Assembly: GCA_951406725.2 (NCBI GenBank) | Contig: OX597815.1 | Coordinates: 213,714,001-213,778,000, forward strand | Origin: Octopus vulgaris | Taxonomy: Eukaryota | Reading direction: 5' to 3' | Length of the DNA: 64,000 bases | Shown here: positions 39,803 to 53,813 of the stretch, piece by piece | Position numbering within the stretch: the stretch's first letter is position 1 | Layout of the letters: the number at the start of each line of letters is the position of its first letter | The notes under the pieces: model-generated | What the model was told of the DNA's origin: nothing | The model's input: only the letters and a program-made list of their open reading frames with translations | Databases searched by the model: none | Made by a program: the position numbers and the translations under genes

Positions 39803-42090
39803 GTTGTTGTTGTTGTTGTGCAAAGGCGGCGAGCTGGCAGAATCGTTAGCGCGCTGGACAAATTACTTAGCAGTAATTCACCCGTTCCTGCGTTCTGAGT
39901 TCAAATTTCGCCGAGATCGACTTTGCTTTTCATCCCTTCGGGGTCGATAAAATAAGCACTGGAGTAGATGTAGCCGACTCATCCCCTCCCCCAAATTACT
40001 GCCCTTGTGACAAAATTTGAAACCATTATTATTGTTATTATTGTGTTTGTTGTTGCTATTTTGTTTTAATTTCTGGTGCCCATTCCGCCACCAACCGTTT
40101 GCAATGGTTGAATCGTTAGGGTATCGAACAAAATGCTAAGCAGCAGCGTTTCTTCCAACTCTTCGTGTTCTGAGTTTCAAATTCCGCCGAGGTCAACTTT
40201 GCCTTTCGTCCTTTCGAGGTCGACAAAAGAAGTACCGATTGAACACCCCTCCTCTTTTGGGGAATTTTATTGTTTAAATTTTGTTAATTGTTTTCTTATT
40301 TATTTTGTACACGAATATTGCGTTTAACCCTGCTTGTTTCTCGTGTCGTATTTATTTTGTTATCAAACCCTTTGTGGCCAATAAAGAAAAGATTATTATT
40401 ATTTATGTGAAGGCAGCTAGATGGCAGAACCGTTAGCACTCCGACAAGATGTCTGCAGAATTTCGTCTATGTTCACGTTCTTATTTCTTTACTACCCACA
40501 AGAGGTTACATGCAGAGGGGACAAACAAGGACAGACAAGCGGATTAAGTCGATTACATCGACCCCAGTGCGTAACTGGTACTTAATTTATCTTAATTCAT
40601 CCCCGAAAGGATGAAAGGCAAAGTCGACCTCAGAACGCAGCGGCAGACGAAATACCTATTTCTTTATTACCCACAAGGGGCTAAACATAGAGGGGACAAA
40701 CATGGACAGACATAGGTATTAAGTCGATTATATCGACCCAGTACGTAACTGGTACTTAATTTATCGACCCCGAAAGGATGAAAGGCAAAGTCGACCTCGG
40801 CGGAATTTGAACTCACAACGTAACGGCAGCCGAAATACCGCAAAGCATTTCGCCACCCGGTGTGCCAACGCGTCTCCCTGCTCGCTGCCCTGATTTCGAA
40901 CTCAGCTGAGGTTGATTCTGTCTTTCATCCTTTCGGGATTTACTAAATAAATACCAGTTGAGGACTGGGGTTGATGTAATCGACAGGCTCCCACCTACAA
41001 AATTTCAGTCCTTGTGCCAATTGTAGGAAGGATTATTATCGTGGTTGTTCTTGCTATATTATCATAATTTCTGTTACCAACCACATGGTTTCGGGTTCAG
41101 TCCCACTGCATGGCACCTTGGGCAAGTGTCTTCTACTATAGCCTCGGGTCGACTAAAGCCTTGTGAGTGGGTTTGGTAGACGGAAACTGAAAGGAGCCGT
41201 CTGTGTGTGTGTATGTGTGTGTGTGTGCTTGTGTGTCTGTGTTTGTCCCCCCCCCCCAACGTCGCTTGACAACCGATGGCGGTGTGTTTACGTCCCCGTA
41301 ACTTAGCGGAAAGAAACCGATAGAATAAGTATAGGCTTACAGAGAATAAGTCCTGGGGTCAATTTGCACGACTAAAGGCCTTCCCCATCTTTCCCGTTTG
41401 AAAGATGCAGGATAGGTACAGCATCGCACGAAATGCTAAGCGACATTTCCTCTGTCTTTACATTCTGCGTTCAAATAGCACCGGGGTCAACTTTGCCCTT
41501 CATCATTTCGACTCCGATAAAATAAGTAACAGCTGAATACTGAGGTCGATGTAATCGACTAGTCCCCTCCTCCAAAATTTCAGGCCTTGTGCCTTTAATA
41601 GAAAATATTATTATTATTATAGATAAAGTGGCGAGCTGGCAGAGTCGTTAGGACGCCGGCCAAAATGCTAAGCGGCACTTCGCTCGTTTGCACGATCTGA
41701 GTTCCAATTCTGCCGAGGTCCACTTTGCCTTTCATTTTTTCGGGGTCAATAAATAAAGTACCAATGAAACACTGGGGTCGATGTAATCGACTAGTCTCCT
41801 CCCACTAAATTTCAGGCCTTGTACCGTTAATAGAAAGGATTATTATTATTATTGATATTGCTGTTGCTATTTTATCTTAATTGCTGGTTCCTTTCTTTTC
41901 CGTTTGAATCAGCAGAATCGTTAGAGCGCCGGAAAAGATAGCCTTACTATATTTGTTTTGGCATTCTGAGTTCAAATGTTGCCGATGTCAAATTTTTGTA
42001 GTCGGGGAAATATAGTACCAGACAAATACTGGACTCGGTGAAATCGACTTACCTCATACCTTCAAGATTGGTGACCTTGTGCTAAAATTA
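39365..42090. mobile_element. Dense cluster of about 10 SINE family A copies plus one family B copy (41075-41380)
   Basis: Repeated heads and central domains, several ending in (ATT)n tails. Minus-strand dimer at about 40483-40890. Confidence 0.85.
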
Positions 42091-42195
42091 AGCCGTTAGA
42101 CAAGGATGATGAAGACCATTCCTGCCAAACGGTTTAAACATACAATCAATAACAACATGCTGTATTAAAACCGAGCGAAGTAGTTTATTTAACGA

Positions 42196-42310
42196 GATCC
42201 CCTGAGGAGATGCGTCTGCGCCGAGGGATGCACCATAACTAGATGCACAGTATCCCACTCACGAGGGATCAATGCAAGATGCGTCGAAACGGTCGTTGTG
42301 AGCAATAAAG
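42196..42310 (+). ncRNA. Degenerate hammerhead ribozyme with long stem II
   Basis: CTGAGGA (42202-08), stem II GATGCGTCT/AGATGCGTC, GAAA (42286-89), then CGGTC and a downstream AATAAA. Stem I is poorly paired. Confidence 0.5.
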
Positions 42311-42710
42311 TTTCTCGCATATTCCATTTTCTTTCTCTATCATTTGTTATATATGGGTGCGTGTTGTGTGTGTGGGAAACGGTTTCAATATGGAAAAATT
42401 ATTATTTACAGAATTGTAAAAATCGTCGCTGCTTAACAAAAACCATCGCAGCAAAAAAGCACACGAAAGCTTGTTTACAAAAACAAGCTACAAACTGAGT
42501 ATAGTTCTTAAATCTGACAGAAAGGAGCAAGTGTTTTACGTTGGTGTAACGGTAGCACACTTGGTTGGGAAAGCAAAGACCTATGGGTTCAAGTCACACG
42601 CGTACAAGAGTACTTACTTTTTTTTTCTGTCGTGGGCTTACATACCCTATTCGCGGTGATCGCTTATAAGCTTTAAGCTTATAAAATACTATTATGGACA
42701 TGTATACACA

Positions 42711-42751
<41 letters not shown>

Positions 42752-42814
42752 GTATGTACGTTTATGTCTGCCTGTGCGTATATGTGTAGATAAATGTACT
42801 TTTTGTATACATAC

Positions 42815-42977
42815 AAGCGCAGGAGTGACTGTGTGGTAAGTAGCTTGTTTACCAACCACATAGTTCCGGGTTCAATCCCACTGCGTGGCACCTTGGGCAA
42901 GTGTCTTCTACTATAGCCTCGGGCCGACCAAAGCCTTGTGAGTGGATTTGCTAGACGGAAACTGAAAGAAGCCCGTC

Positions 42978-43023
<46 letters not shown>

Positions 43024-43260
43024 GTGTGTGTGTGTGTGTGCGTGTATGTTTGTGTGTCTGTATTTGTCCCCTCTAGCATTGCTTGACAACCGATGCTGGT
43101 GTGTTTATGTCCCCGTCACTTAGCAGTTCAGCAAAAGAGACCGATAGAATAAGTACTGGCCTTACAAAGAAAAAGTCCCGGGGTCGAGTTGCTCGATTAA
43201 AGGCGGTGCTCCAGCATGGCCGCAGTCAAAATGACTGAAACAAGTAAAAAGAAAAAAAGA
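42815..43260 (+). mobile_element. Full-length SINE family B (tRNA head, CORE-like CCTTGGGCAAGTG block, internal microsatellite)
   Basis: A-box-like GTG.CTGTGTGGTAAG and B-box GGTTCAATCCC. Internal (TA)/(TG) tract. A-rich tail. Confidence 0.9.
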
Positions 43261-43421
43261 AAGAAAGAATACATATTGTATACATATATATATCTATCTT
43301 ATGATGATTGAAGAAGCGCTGGACTGTGTCCAGTTTATTCTTTGTTCCCCACTTTATTAAAAAAAGTCATATTACTTTGAAGACATTATGAATGAATATC
43401 AAAGAATTTTGAAACTAGAAA

Positions 43422-43853
43422 GTTTGTTTGTTAGTTAGTTAGTTAGTTAATTTGGCTCAAAAGCAAATAGCAAGGCCATGTAGGGGGACATGGAGTTAAG
43501 TACAGGGTGGTGTTCATGTAAAGAGTTCAGGCCACTTGAGGTCAAGGGAGGCTTTGAACAAAGCGGTCGTCGGCATCTTCACCATCTCGTCTGGCAGCTT
43601 GTTCCACGGATCCGCAACCGGACGGAGAAAGCTCCTCTCCTTCGATTGAGATGAAATCGTCGCAGGTAGAGCTTTTCGGAATGACCCCGCAGCCGACGCT
43701 CTGGAGCAGGAGTGAAGAACAGCTCTTTCGAGAGGTTACACTTTCCGCTTATGATGCTGTGGGCGAGAATGAGATCACCACGGCGGCGGCGTTTTTCAAG
43801 AGAATAAAGGTCGAGCGTCCTCAGCCTTTCTTCGTAGGACAAATTTTTGAGAC
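43422..43853 (-). mobile_element. 5'-truncated CR1 LINE with (TAAC)n tail and candidate 8-bp target-site duplication
   Basis: LSYEERLRTLDLYSLEKRRRRGDLILAHSII...RLRGHSEKL...RRGAFSVR is a classic CR1 ORF2 C-terminus. ACTAGAAA occurs at both 43414-21 and 43854-61. Confidence 0.9.
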
Positions 43854-44234
43854 ACTAGAAACCCTTAAGACGTCTATAAGTGAATAGAATGAAACAACAA
43901 GGTGGCAAAACTTAACTCTTCATATTGGTAATTGTAATTCATTCATTCCCACTGGAACAAACATTTATTTTCAAATTCACTCAAGTGAAGATTCGTTAAC
44001 AAGTTCCCTTGACAGTCTCATCTCTTTTCCAATTTTCATTATCGTCTTTTTAAAATATATCAGGGATTATTTTACTGAATACAGAACAAACTATAACAGT
44101 GTCTTTGTTCAATTCATGAGCATATTGTCAATTTATTCTATAAGTTATGCATCCTATCTAAATGTATATATATTATCAATGTGCGCAACATATATGCCAG
44201 CAGAAAACCGCCCAGAGGGCGGTTTTTCTGCTAG

Positions 44235-44381
44235 TATAAGTAATTACACAAGCGTGTCTATGTGTGTGCGCGCACACCTGTATACGTACGTTCGCTTCTT
44301 TGAGGTAACTGCTAGTACAGGTAGACTTATATTAACATCAAGCTCTAATATATACACACACACACACATACATACATATAT

Positions 44382-44458
<77 letters not shown>

Positions 44459-44630
44459 ATTGTGTGTGTGTGTGTATAGATGTCTATATATATGTGTGTG
44501 TGTGTATATAATATATCAAAAATACTTGATGTTCATATAAGTATACGTGTACTAGCAGTTACCTCAAAGAAGCGACCGTACGCATACAGAAGCGCGCGCG
44601 CACACATAGACATTCTCGCGTAATTCTATG
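44235..44630. repeat. Fold-back inverted repeat with arms of about 110 bp around a microsatellite core
   Basis: TCGCTTCTTTGAGGTAACTGCTAGTACA (about 44292-319) is the reverse complement of TGTACTAGCAGTTACCTCAAAGAAGCGA (about 44548-575). Homology extends both ways. Confidence 0.85.
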
Positions 44631-45349
44631 CTAATACACAGTAAACGTCTCCTATACACATTTTTATCTTTCTCTAAATTCTAGCCGAGGAAAGTTTCTT
44701 TAGCTCACCGCTGATTCTGACAAGCAGAGTATTAACTTTCAAGAACGGCATAACACCTTTTGTTCATTGATAATCTAAGTTGCCAATGTGTTTTATTGCA
44801 GGTTAAAATCAATGCGATAACATTACAAATGAGTTCAAGCAGAAACCGTTATCAATATTTCACAGCCTTGTTCTCCGAAAAAATTTTATTATTAAAACTC
44901 AACTCAACAACTGAATACCTCTCGGCTGGTATCGCGATATGTACTATTGACTAAGAATTCTTTTTTTTTTTTCTTTTTTCATTTTTTGTACATTCCTAGA
45001 CGGGATGGAAAGCACAGTCGTAGCCTTATCAGTACAATACCAAGTTTAACATCAACACACTAACTTTATAATCAATATACCACTAAGAAGAATATTGTAA
45101 TTTCGATAATGATTTTGGAAATAGCATTCTATGTTTAGAAATGGAGTTTAAGTACCCTTAAAATGTAATCTTTCAATGAATTCCCTTAAAATCATCTGCT
45201 CGCACGCACGCGCGCGTGCACACATACACACACACACACGCTCGCAAGCATAATATTATTCATATCTGCAGATATGCACAGCATATGGAAATCGGTATTA
45301 AGGAAGGATAGAAAAATATTAGATTTATAAGCCCTAAAATTCACTCCAT

Positions 45350-45500
45350 ATGGCGTAGTGGTTAAGAGCGTAGGCTACTAACCCCAAGGTTCTAAGTTCG
45401 ATTCCAGGCAGTGACCTGAATGATAATAACAACAGGAAATTTCCCCAAGATACCTGAAGAAGGTTGGAAGGTATATCAGCCGAAGCGTTGTGTCGAACAC
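45350..45500 (+). mobile_element. tRNA-like Pol III head followed by a hammerhead motif (45449-45494)
   Basis: A box TGGCGTAGTGG and B box GTTCGATTCC. Then GATAC-CTGAAGA-A-GGTTGG-loop-TCAGCC-GAAG-CGTT-GTGTC. Confidence 0.7.
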
Positions 45501-45619
45501 ATAATTCCTCATCTCCGAAATATAGAACTGTTCTATGGAAATATTTCTTCATAGAATCAAAACAACGTAGTGAATAAGAAGCTTGCCAAATCTTTGATTT
45601 TTATTCGTCTATTGTGAAA

Positions 45620-45935
45620 GTGCGTGACCAAGTGGTTAGAGTGTTGCACTCACGGAATCATGGGATCGAGGTCCCGATTGCCGGCTTGGGAGGTACGTTG
45701 TGTTCTTGAGCAAAACATTTCATTTCGCGTTAGTCCAGGTTACTCAGCTGAGTGGACTGAGTTACTCTAAAACGGACTGTAGTCCCGTCCAGAGGGCATT
45801 TCGTTTTCTCGATTACTTATGGGCCTTCTCGCAGAGCCAGCAGAGTGATATCATTTAAAAGCAACATCAATGCAATGAAGCGTATTGTGACCAGTGGTGT
45901 ATAACAATATCTGATAGCCTTTGTGATACAGTGAT
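45620..45935 (+). mobile_element. Degenerate tRNA-derived SINE family C
   Basis: AGTGGTTAGAG head. 3' block ACAATATCTGATAGCC is shared with 56938-57243. Confidence 0.65.
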
Positions 45936-46265
45936 TATTTGTGTATGGTCGGAGGGCGACTTAACAGAGCGTCGAGAAATAGTTTTACTCCTCTTAGTTA
46001 CGTCGCTCATTCATGTTTTTTGGTTCAAAGACCAGAACTTAAAAGTTGCTTTTCCGATTTTCAAGACCAACAAAAAAGTTTCCACCGACATTTTTTGGTT
46101 TTGTGACAATTTTAGAAATCGATTTTGTTGGAAATCTACGTTGAATCTTTACTATTTATATTCACTGAAGGCGTTTGAATACACAAACCATCTTAAGAAT
46201 TACTCTGAAGTGTTGATTCACCGACAGACTGCTTTTGGAATGTAAAAACGTTCCTGCTTCCCTTC

Positions 46266-47180
46266 TACGTACGTACGTACGTACGTATGTATGTACGTAT
46301 GTACGTATGTACGTATGTACGTATGTATGTATGTATGTATGTATGTATGTTTGTATGTATGTATGTATGTATGTATGTTTGTATGTACGTATGCATGTAT
46401 GTATGTATGTATGTATGTATGTATGTATGTTTGTATGTATGTATGTATGTATGTATGTATGTATGTATGTTTGTATGTATGTATGTATGTATGTATGTAT
46501 GTATGTATGTATGTATGTATGTATGTATGTATGTATGTATGTATGTATGTATGTATGTATGTATGTATGTACGTATGTATGTATGTATGTATGTATGTAT
46601 GTATGTATGTATGTATGTATGTATGTATGTATGTATGTATGTATGTATGTATGTATGTATGTATGTATGTATGTATGTATGTATGTACGTATGTATGTAT
46701 GTACGTATGTATGTATGTATGTATGTATGTATGTATGTATGTATGTATGTATGTGTATGTATGTATGTATGTATGCATGCATGTATGCATGCATGTATGT
46801 ATGTATGTCATTATTCATTTTTATTTCAAGATGTCTTGCCAATAGAGAAAGATTCGGTTTCTAACCGAGATCCAAAACTCCTTCATTGGAATTTCAACAT
46901 CAACCGGGTATTTTTATATATATGTATATGTGCAGATTTGTATGTTTTGTTTTATGTATGCAGTTCCCTGCATAAATTTGCATGTCTAAACATGATTATA
47001 TGCATGTATGTATGTATGTATGTATGTATGTATGTATGTATGTATGTATGTATGTATGTATGTATGTATGTATGTATGTATGTATGTATGTATGTATGTA
47101 TGTATGTATGTATGTATGTATGTATGTATGTATGTATGTATGTATGTATGTATGTATGTATGTATGTATGTATGTATATG
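46266..47180. repeat. Two long (TATG)n tracts (46266-46807, 47003-47178)
   Basis: Direct reading. Confidence 0.95.
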
Positions 47181-47507
47181 CATCTATCTATCTATCTATA
47201 TATATCATGCATACATGTTTATGATATGAATATATATATATAGATATATATATATATATATGATGTACATATATATATATATATATATATATGATGTATA
47301 TATGATTGATTGATTGATTGATTCTAGTTTCAGCTTATGAGCTGTGGCCATGCTGGGGCACCGCCATTTGGTGTTGCTACTTGGTTTCACTTCATGGAGG
47401 CTTTCTAGCAACTGCTATTTGGTGCATGAGAGAGTTCGATGCAGCTGCCCTCATCTGCCCCTCCTGCCGTGAAGTTGGTTCATCTGATATATATATATAT
47501 ATATATA

Positions 47508-47547
<40 letters not shown>

Positions 47548-48284
47548 CTGATATATATATATATGATGTATATATATACACATATATGATACAGATATAT
47601 ATATATACATATATATATGATGTATACATATCTATGATATGGATACACACACACGCGCACGCGCACGCATATGCATGTGCATATGTGTGAATACACACAC
47701 ACAAATGTATGTTTGTATGCTTGTGTATACATGCATATTTACGGATATATGTGTGTGTATAGATCGGCTCAACATAGGAATGGACATATTTAACAGGTTA
47801 CAGACATGGAGAGCGGAAGAGAAGGGGACAAATTGGAAGATGATACCTCTTCATATATTAAATGTTATATACACATAAATTTGCTTGTAAAAATATACAA
47901 CTTTTCATGGACACGCACGCACACATACACACATACACATGCCCGTGCACGCACACTCACACACAATGCACATACACATACGCATAGGCTCGCATGCACA
48001 CACGCATACACGTACACACACGTATAGGATGATTTCAAGTGTACATACACGTAACTAAAATATATAACGCATAAATTATGCGTGTCTTTGCCTCAGTGTG
48101 AGTGAAAAAGAGAGAAAGAGAGAAAGGAAAGTGAAAGAGAACGAAGGAGGGGCACAGTGTGCTTTGGGGGGGTGAGCGTACGTGCAATTCTAGGGAGTTT
48201 GTAAGAGTGTTTGCGCATAAATTCATACCCATTCACCCTCCTCCACGCACATTTATAACTGTATAAACCCTAAACTGTATAGAG

Positions 48285-48830
<546 letters not shown>

Positions 48831-49264
48831 AATATACATACATGACTATATACATATGTATTCAAAGCCCCACATATAGACATGTATATATTGTTTATCT
48901 ACGTCATCTCTATTTTTTGTGGGGGTATTTTAATGCCTCAGTTATTGGCGAAACGCCTTTAAATGCGTAACAGCTGGTAGCTTGTTGAAAAATCTACTCA
49001 ATAGCGTAACTTTTTCTTTCGATGCATGTTTATTCACGTGTCCACCAGAGGGCATTCTAGGTTGAGGCCTAAAAATGGAGGCCTTTCAACGAACGTACGA
49101 ATACGACGTTGTTGGACCAGTAAAGACGGAGCCTTTCGTAAACGTTTCTTTTCGTTGGAGCTAATCTTATCCATATTCCTGTATCTAACTCACGTCTTAT
49201 GCCTAAAAGTAAAACGTAACATAAAGCATAACAAGAAAAGCATTTCTTGATGTCTGCATGTTGC

Positions 49265-49296
<32 letters not shown>

Positions 49297-49409
49297 TGTA
49301 TGAATGTATGTATGTATGTATGTATGCACGTATCTATGTATATATATATACATATCTATTCATACAACTCACGCACGCATGCCACACAAATGCATTATAC
49401 TTTATGTAC

Positions 49410-49593
49410 TCGTTTACTCTTTTACTTGTTTCAGTCATTTGACTGTGGCCAGGACTTATTCTTTGTAAGCGTAGTACTTATTCTATTGGTCTGTTTTGCT
49501 GAACCGCTAATTACGGGGATGTAAACACACCAGCATCGGTTGTCAAGCGATGTTGGTGTGGCAAACACAGACACACAAACATATACACACACG

Positions 49594-49656
<63 letters not shown>

Positions 49657-49735
49657 GACGGGCTTCTTTCAGTTTCCGTCTACCAAATCCATTCACAAGG
49701 CTTTGGTCAGCCCGAGGCTATAGCAGAAGACGCTT
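49410..49735 (-). mobile_element. SINE family B copy lacking head
   Basis: TTTCAGTCATTTGACTG...GGCTTCTTTCAGTTTCCGTCTACCAAATCC. Confidence 0.85.
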
Positions 49736-49929
49736 GTTATTTACCCAAAAGTCGTAAAGAGTCCAGTTGGGGGTGGGAGGTAAAAATCAGAAAAGACTGT
49801 CAACTTTTTATATACTAAACTCTCTCTCCCTCTCTCCCTCTCTCTCTCTCTCTCTCCCTCTCTCTGTCTCTCTCTCTCTCACACACACACACACATACAC
49901 ACACACTTAGGTATGGCTGAACTTGATTA

Positions 49930-50385
49930 TTAAGACCGCCTTAAGATATTGAATCCTTATTCTCTCAAGCGTCGCTGTGAGTGCTACATCATTTGTACAA
50001 TGTGGAGAATATACCAGCAATATTGTCCAAAAGAACATCGCATTCGATTCGGAATTCAACCAAGACTGGCGTCGCGTGCCCCCCCCCCCTGCACTATTCA
50101 AACTCGCAGCACATACATTTACTGTAACACAATTTCTTTTCCTCAAGAGGCCCTGCTCTATTTAACATTATCCCAAAACAAATCAAAGAAGAAAAAGATC
50201 CCATCACTTTCAAACGAATCCAGGACAAATTTCTCCAAGGGATACCGTATAAGCCATCTCAGTCAGCAACAACTCCCTACTTGAATGGGGCACGATACCA
50301 TTTAACAGATCCTATCGGGTGGTGCTGTTAAACTAGACATGGCCCGGGCTAAATCTTTGGCCGAAACATATGTGAGTTATGCAAA
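49930..50385 (+). mobile_element. CR1-group LINE 3' fragment
   Basis: RLKILNPYSLKRRCECYIICTMWRI...PRL...SSRGPALFNIIPKQIK...FKRIQDKFLQ resembles LxLYSLERRRERY...GPxLFNxLP...FKxxLDxFL. Confidence 0.8.
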
Positions 50386-50539
50386 TTATATATGCACACA
50401 CATGCTTATATCATAAATACATGATACACACACACATACATTCGTACATACATGCATACACGCACATAAACATACATACATCGTAAATACATGATACATA
50501 TACATACAAACATAAATATATGATGCAAATACATCCATC

Positions 50540-50590
<51 letters not shown>

Positions 50591-50621
50591 GCACACATAT
50601 GTATATGTATGTATGTATAAG

Positions 50622-51033
50622 TCGACGAGCTGGCGGAAACGTTAGCGCGCCGGGCGAAATTCTTAGCGGTATTTCGTCTGCCGTTACGTTCTGAGTTCAA
50701 ATTCCGTCGCGGTCGACTTTGCCTTTCATCCTTTCAAGGCCGATAAATTAAATACCAGTTACGCACTGGAGTCGATGTATTCGACTTAATCCGTTTGTCT
50801 GTCCTTGTTTGTCCTCTCTCTGTTTAGCCCCTTGTGGGTAGTAAAGAAATAGGTATTTAGTTTGCCGTTACGTTCTGAGTTCAAATTCCGCCGAGGTCGA
50901 TTTTGCCTTTCATTCTTTCGGGGTCGATTAAACAAGTACCAGTTACGCACTGGGGTCGATATAATCGACTTAATCCGTTCGTCTGTCCTTGTTTGTCCCC
51001 TCTATGTTTAGCCCCCTGTGGGCAATAAAGAAA
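50622..51033 (+). mobile_element. Dimeric SINE family A (full copy plus headless second unit)
   Basis: Body repeats after the junction AAAGAAATA|GGTATTT at about 50851. Confidence 0.85.
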
Positions 51034-51532
51034 TTTATATGTATGTATGTATACACCGAAGTGTGTGCGATCGCATGCTTGTCCATGTATTTAGATTCTG
51101 AAGAAAGTGAAGCATGTAAATATAAAAGCTGTCACATCTATAAAAGAGAATTAAAAGGAGACAACCAAAGAAAATAATGAAAAAAAGGTTCAAATGAGAT
51201 ATTGTCCTTAAGAAGGCAAAAGGGTGTGGTTCATAAACTGTGTCTGTTGCTCTTTTGGAGGAAAGAAAAAATAGACGAAAAAATATAATGAAATAAAATA
51301 GTAAAATCCGAAAAAGATTTATCAATTTTTAAGGAAGTTCGGTTGCGTCTAACTTCAACACAATTAAAACTTCATCCAATCCGCGTCGTTTGTTTCGCTT
51401 TGTAACCGAATGGTTTCTGCGTGAAAGAACGCGCTACTAGTTTTGACAATTGGAGAATATATCTCCAGTTAAGCCTTTAGCTTCGAAAACGTTATTGTTT
51501 ACTGGAACAAGAACAACAACAATAACAATAAC

Positions 51533-51594
<62 letters not shown>

Positions 51595-52467
51595 TAACAA
51601 TGACACAAAAAAAAAGGGAAAATGAGTAGTTGGAATTTATCTAGCCTTTTTTTTAATGTTCTTTCTTATTTTCGTTTTTGTTTGAATCTTCGAATGATAT
51701 TGTCGAAACTTACGGATTAAAGGGTCGATGAAAACTTCGTTTCACATGTTGAGATCTTAAATATAAGATAAATGTTTGGTCGCATTTAATTATCCTCACT
51801 TAGGAAAGCAAGAGATTATTTCAATGATGAAATACAGACGATAAGGATCTAAGAGAAAAGGGCAGCATCGTATAGAGAGTGTAATTAGGAGGATGTGCGT
51901 ACACCTTCTTTTTTTTTCGCCTTCATTTCTTCAATGTCAGAAGTTTCTAACAGTAGAAGGAGATTTGATCAGAAGGAGGGCGAAAAGAAGGAAATAAATA
52001 ATGAAATGAAGCAAAATAAAAACAAAATAAATGAGAGAAAAATAAAGAAGGAAAGCAAGAAAGAAAGTCAATACTTGTGTGTAAAAGAGTAGAGAGGTGT
52101 AAAGAAATATGATAGAGAGATAGAGGAAAAGGAAACTATTTGGGTTCACGTGAGTTATGTGGATGTGTCAGTGTTCATGTGGATGTCTGGAAGCGCGCGT
52201 TTGTGTGTGTGTGCGTGTGTGCGTGTGTGTGTGTGCGTGCGTGTGTGTGTGTGTGTGTGTGCGCTGGAAGTATTTATTAAAACACATTTTTGTTGTTTGT
52301 TTTGTGTTATAGTTTGTAGTGAGAATTGTTTGTTTTGTCATTGAAGAAAATCTCTTTTATGGCTAATCTTTTTTTTCTCTTGTTTTTGTCTGGTGTGTGT
52401 GTCTGGTGTGTAAGAAAGAGCTTCAGACTATGAAAATGGAATAAAAGGAGACTCTTGGAGTAGAAAG

Positions 52468-52530
52468 TACCGTATTTTCGGGTATATAAGGCGCACGGGC
52501 ATAAAAGGCACACCTCAATTTTGGCAGGCG
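52468..52530 (+). mobile_element. Tc2-like DNA transposon terminal fragment
   Basis: TA-CCGTATTTTCGGGTATATAAGGCGCAC resembles CCGTATTT-type terminal repeats. Confidence 0.5.
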
Positions 52531-52754
52531 ATATCTGCGAAAAAACAACAGCAAAAAAAACCCAAAAAAACTACAGCTAACCCCGAATATCCCAGTTGAA
52601 TGCCTCACACATTCTTGTGGGATAGAAGTGGTTCTCAACCATTTTTTTGTCTTTGGTTCCTATTTACTCCACTAGACCTCCATACCCATTGGATAGATAT
52701 ATATAAAAAATCCTATTGCATTTCTATAATTAAATATTATTAAGAATTCTTTTA

Positions 52755-53813
<1,059 letters not shown>

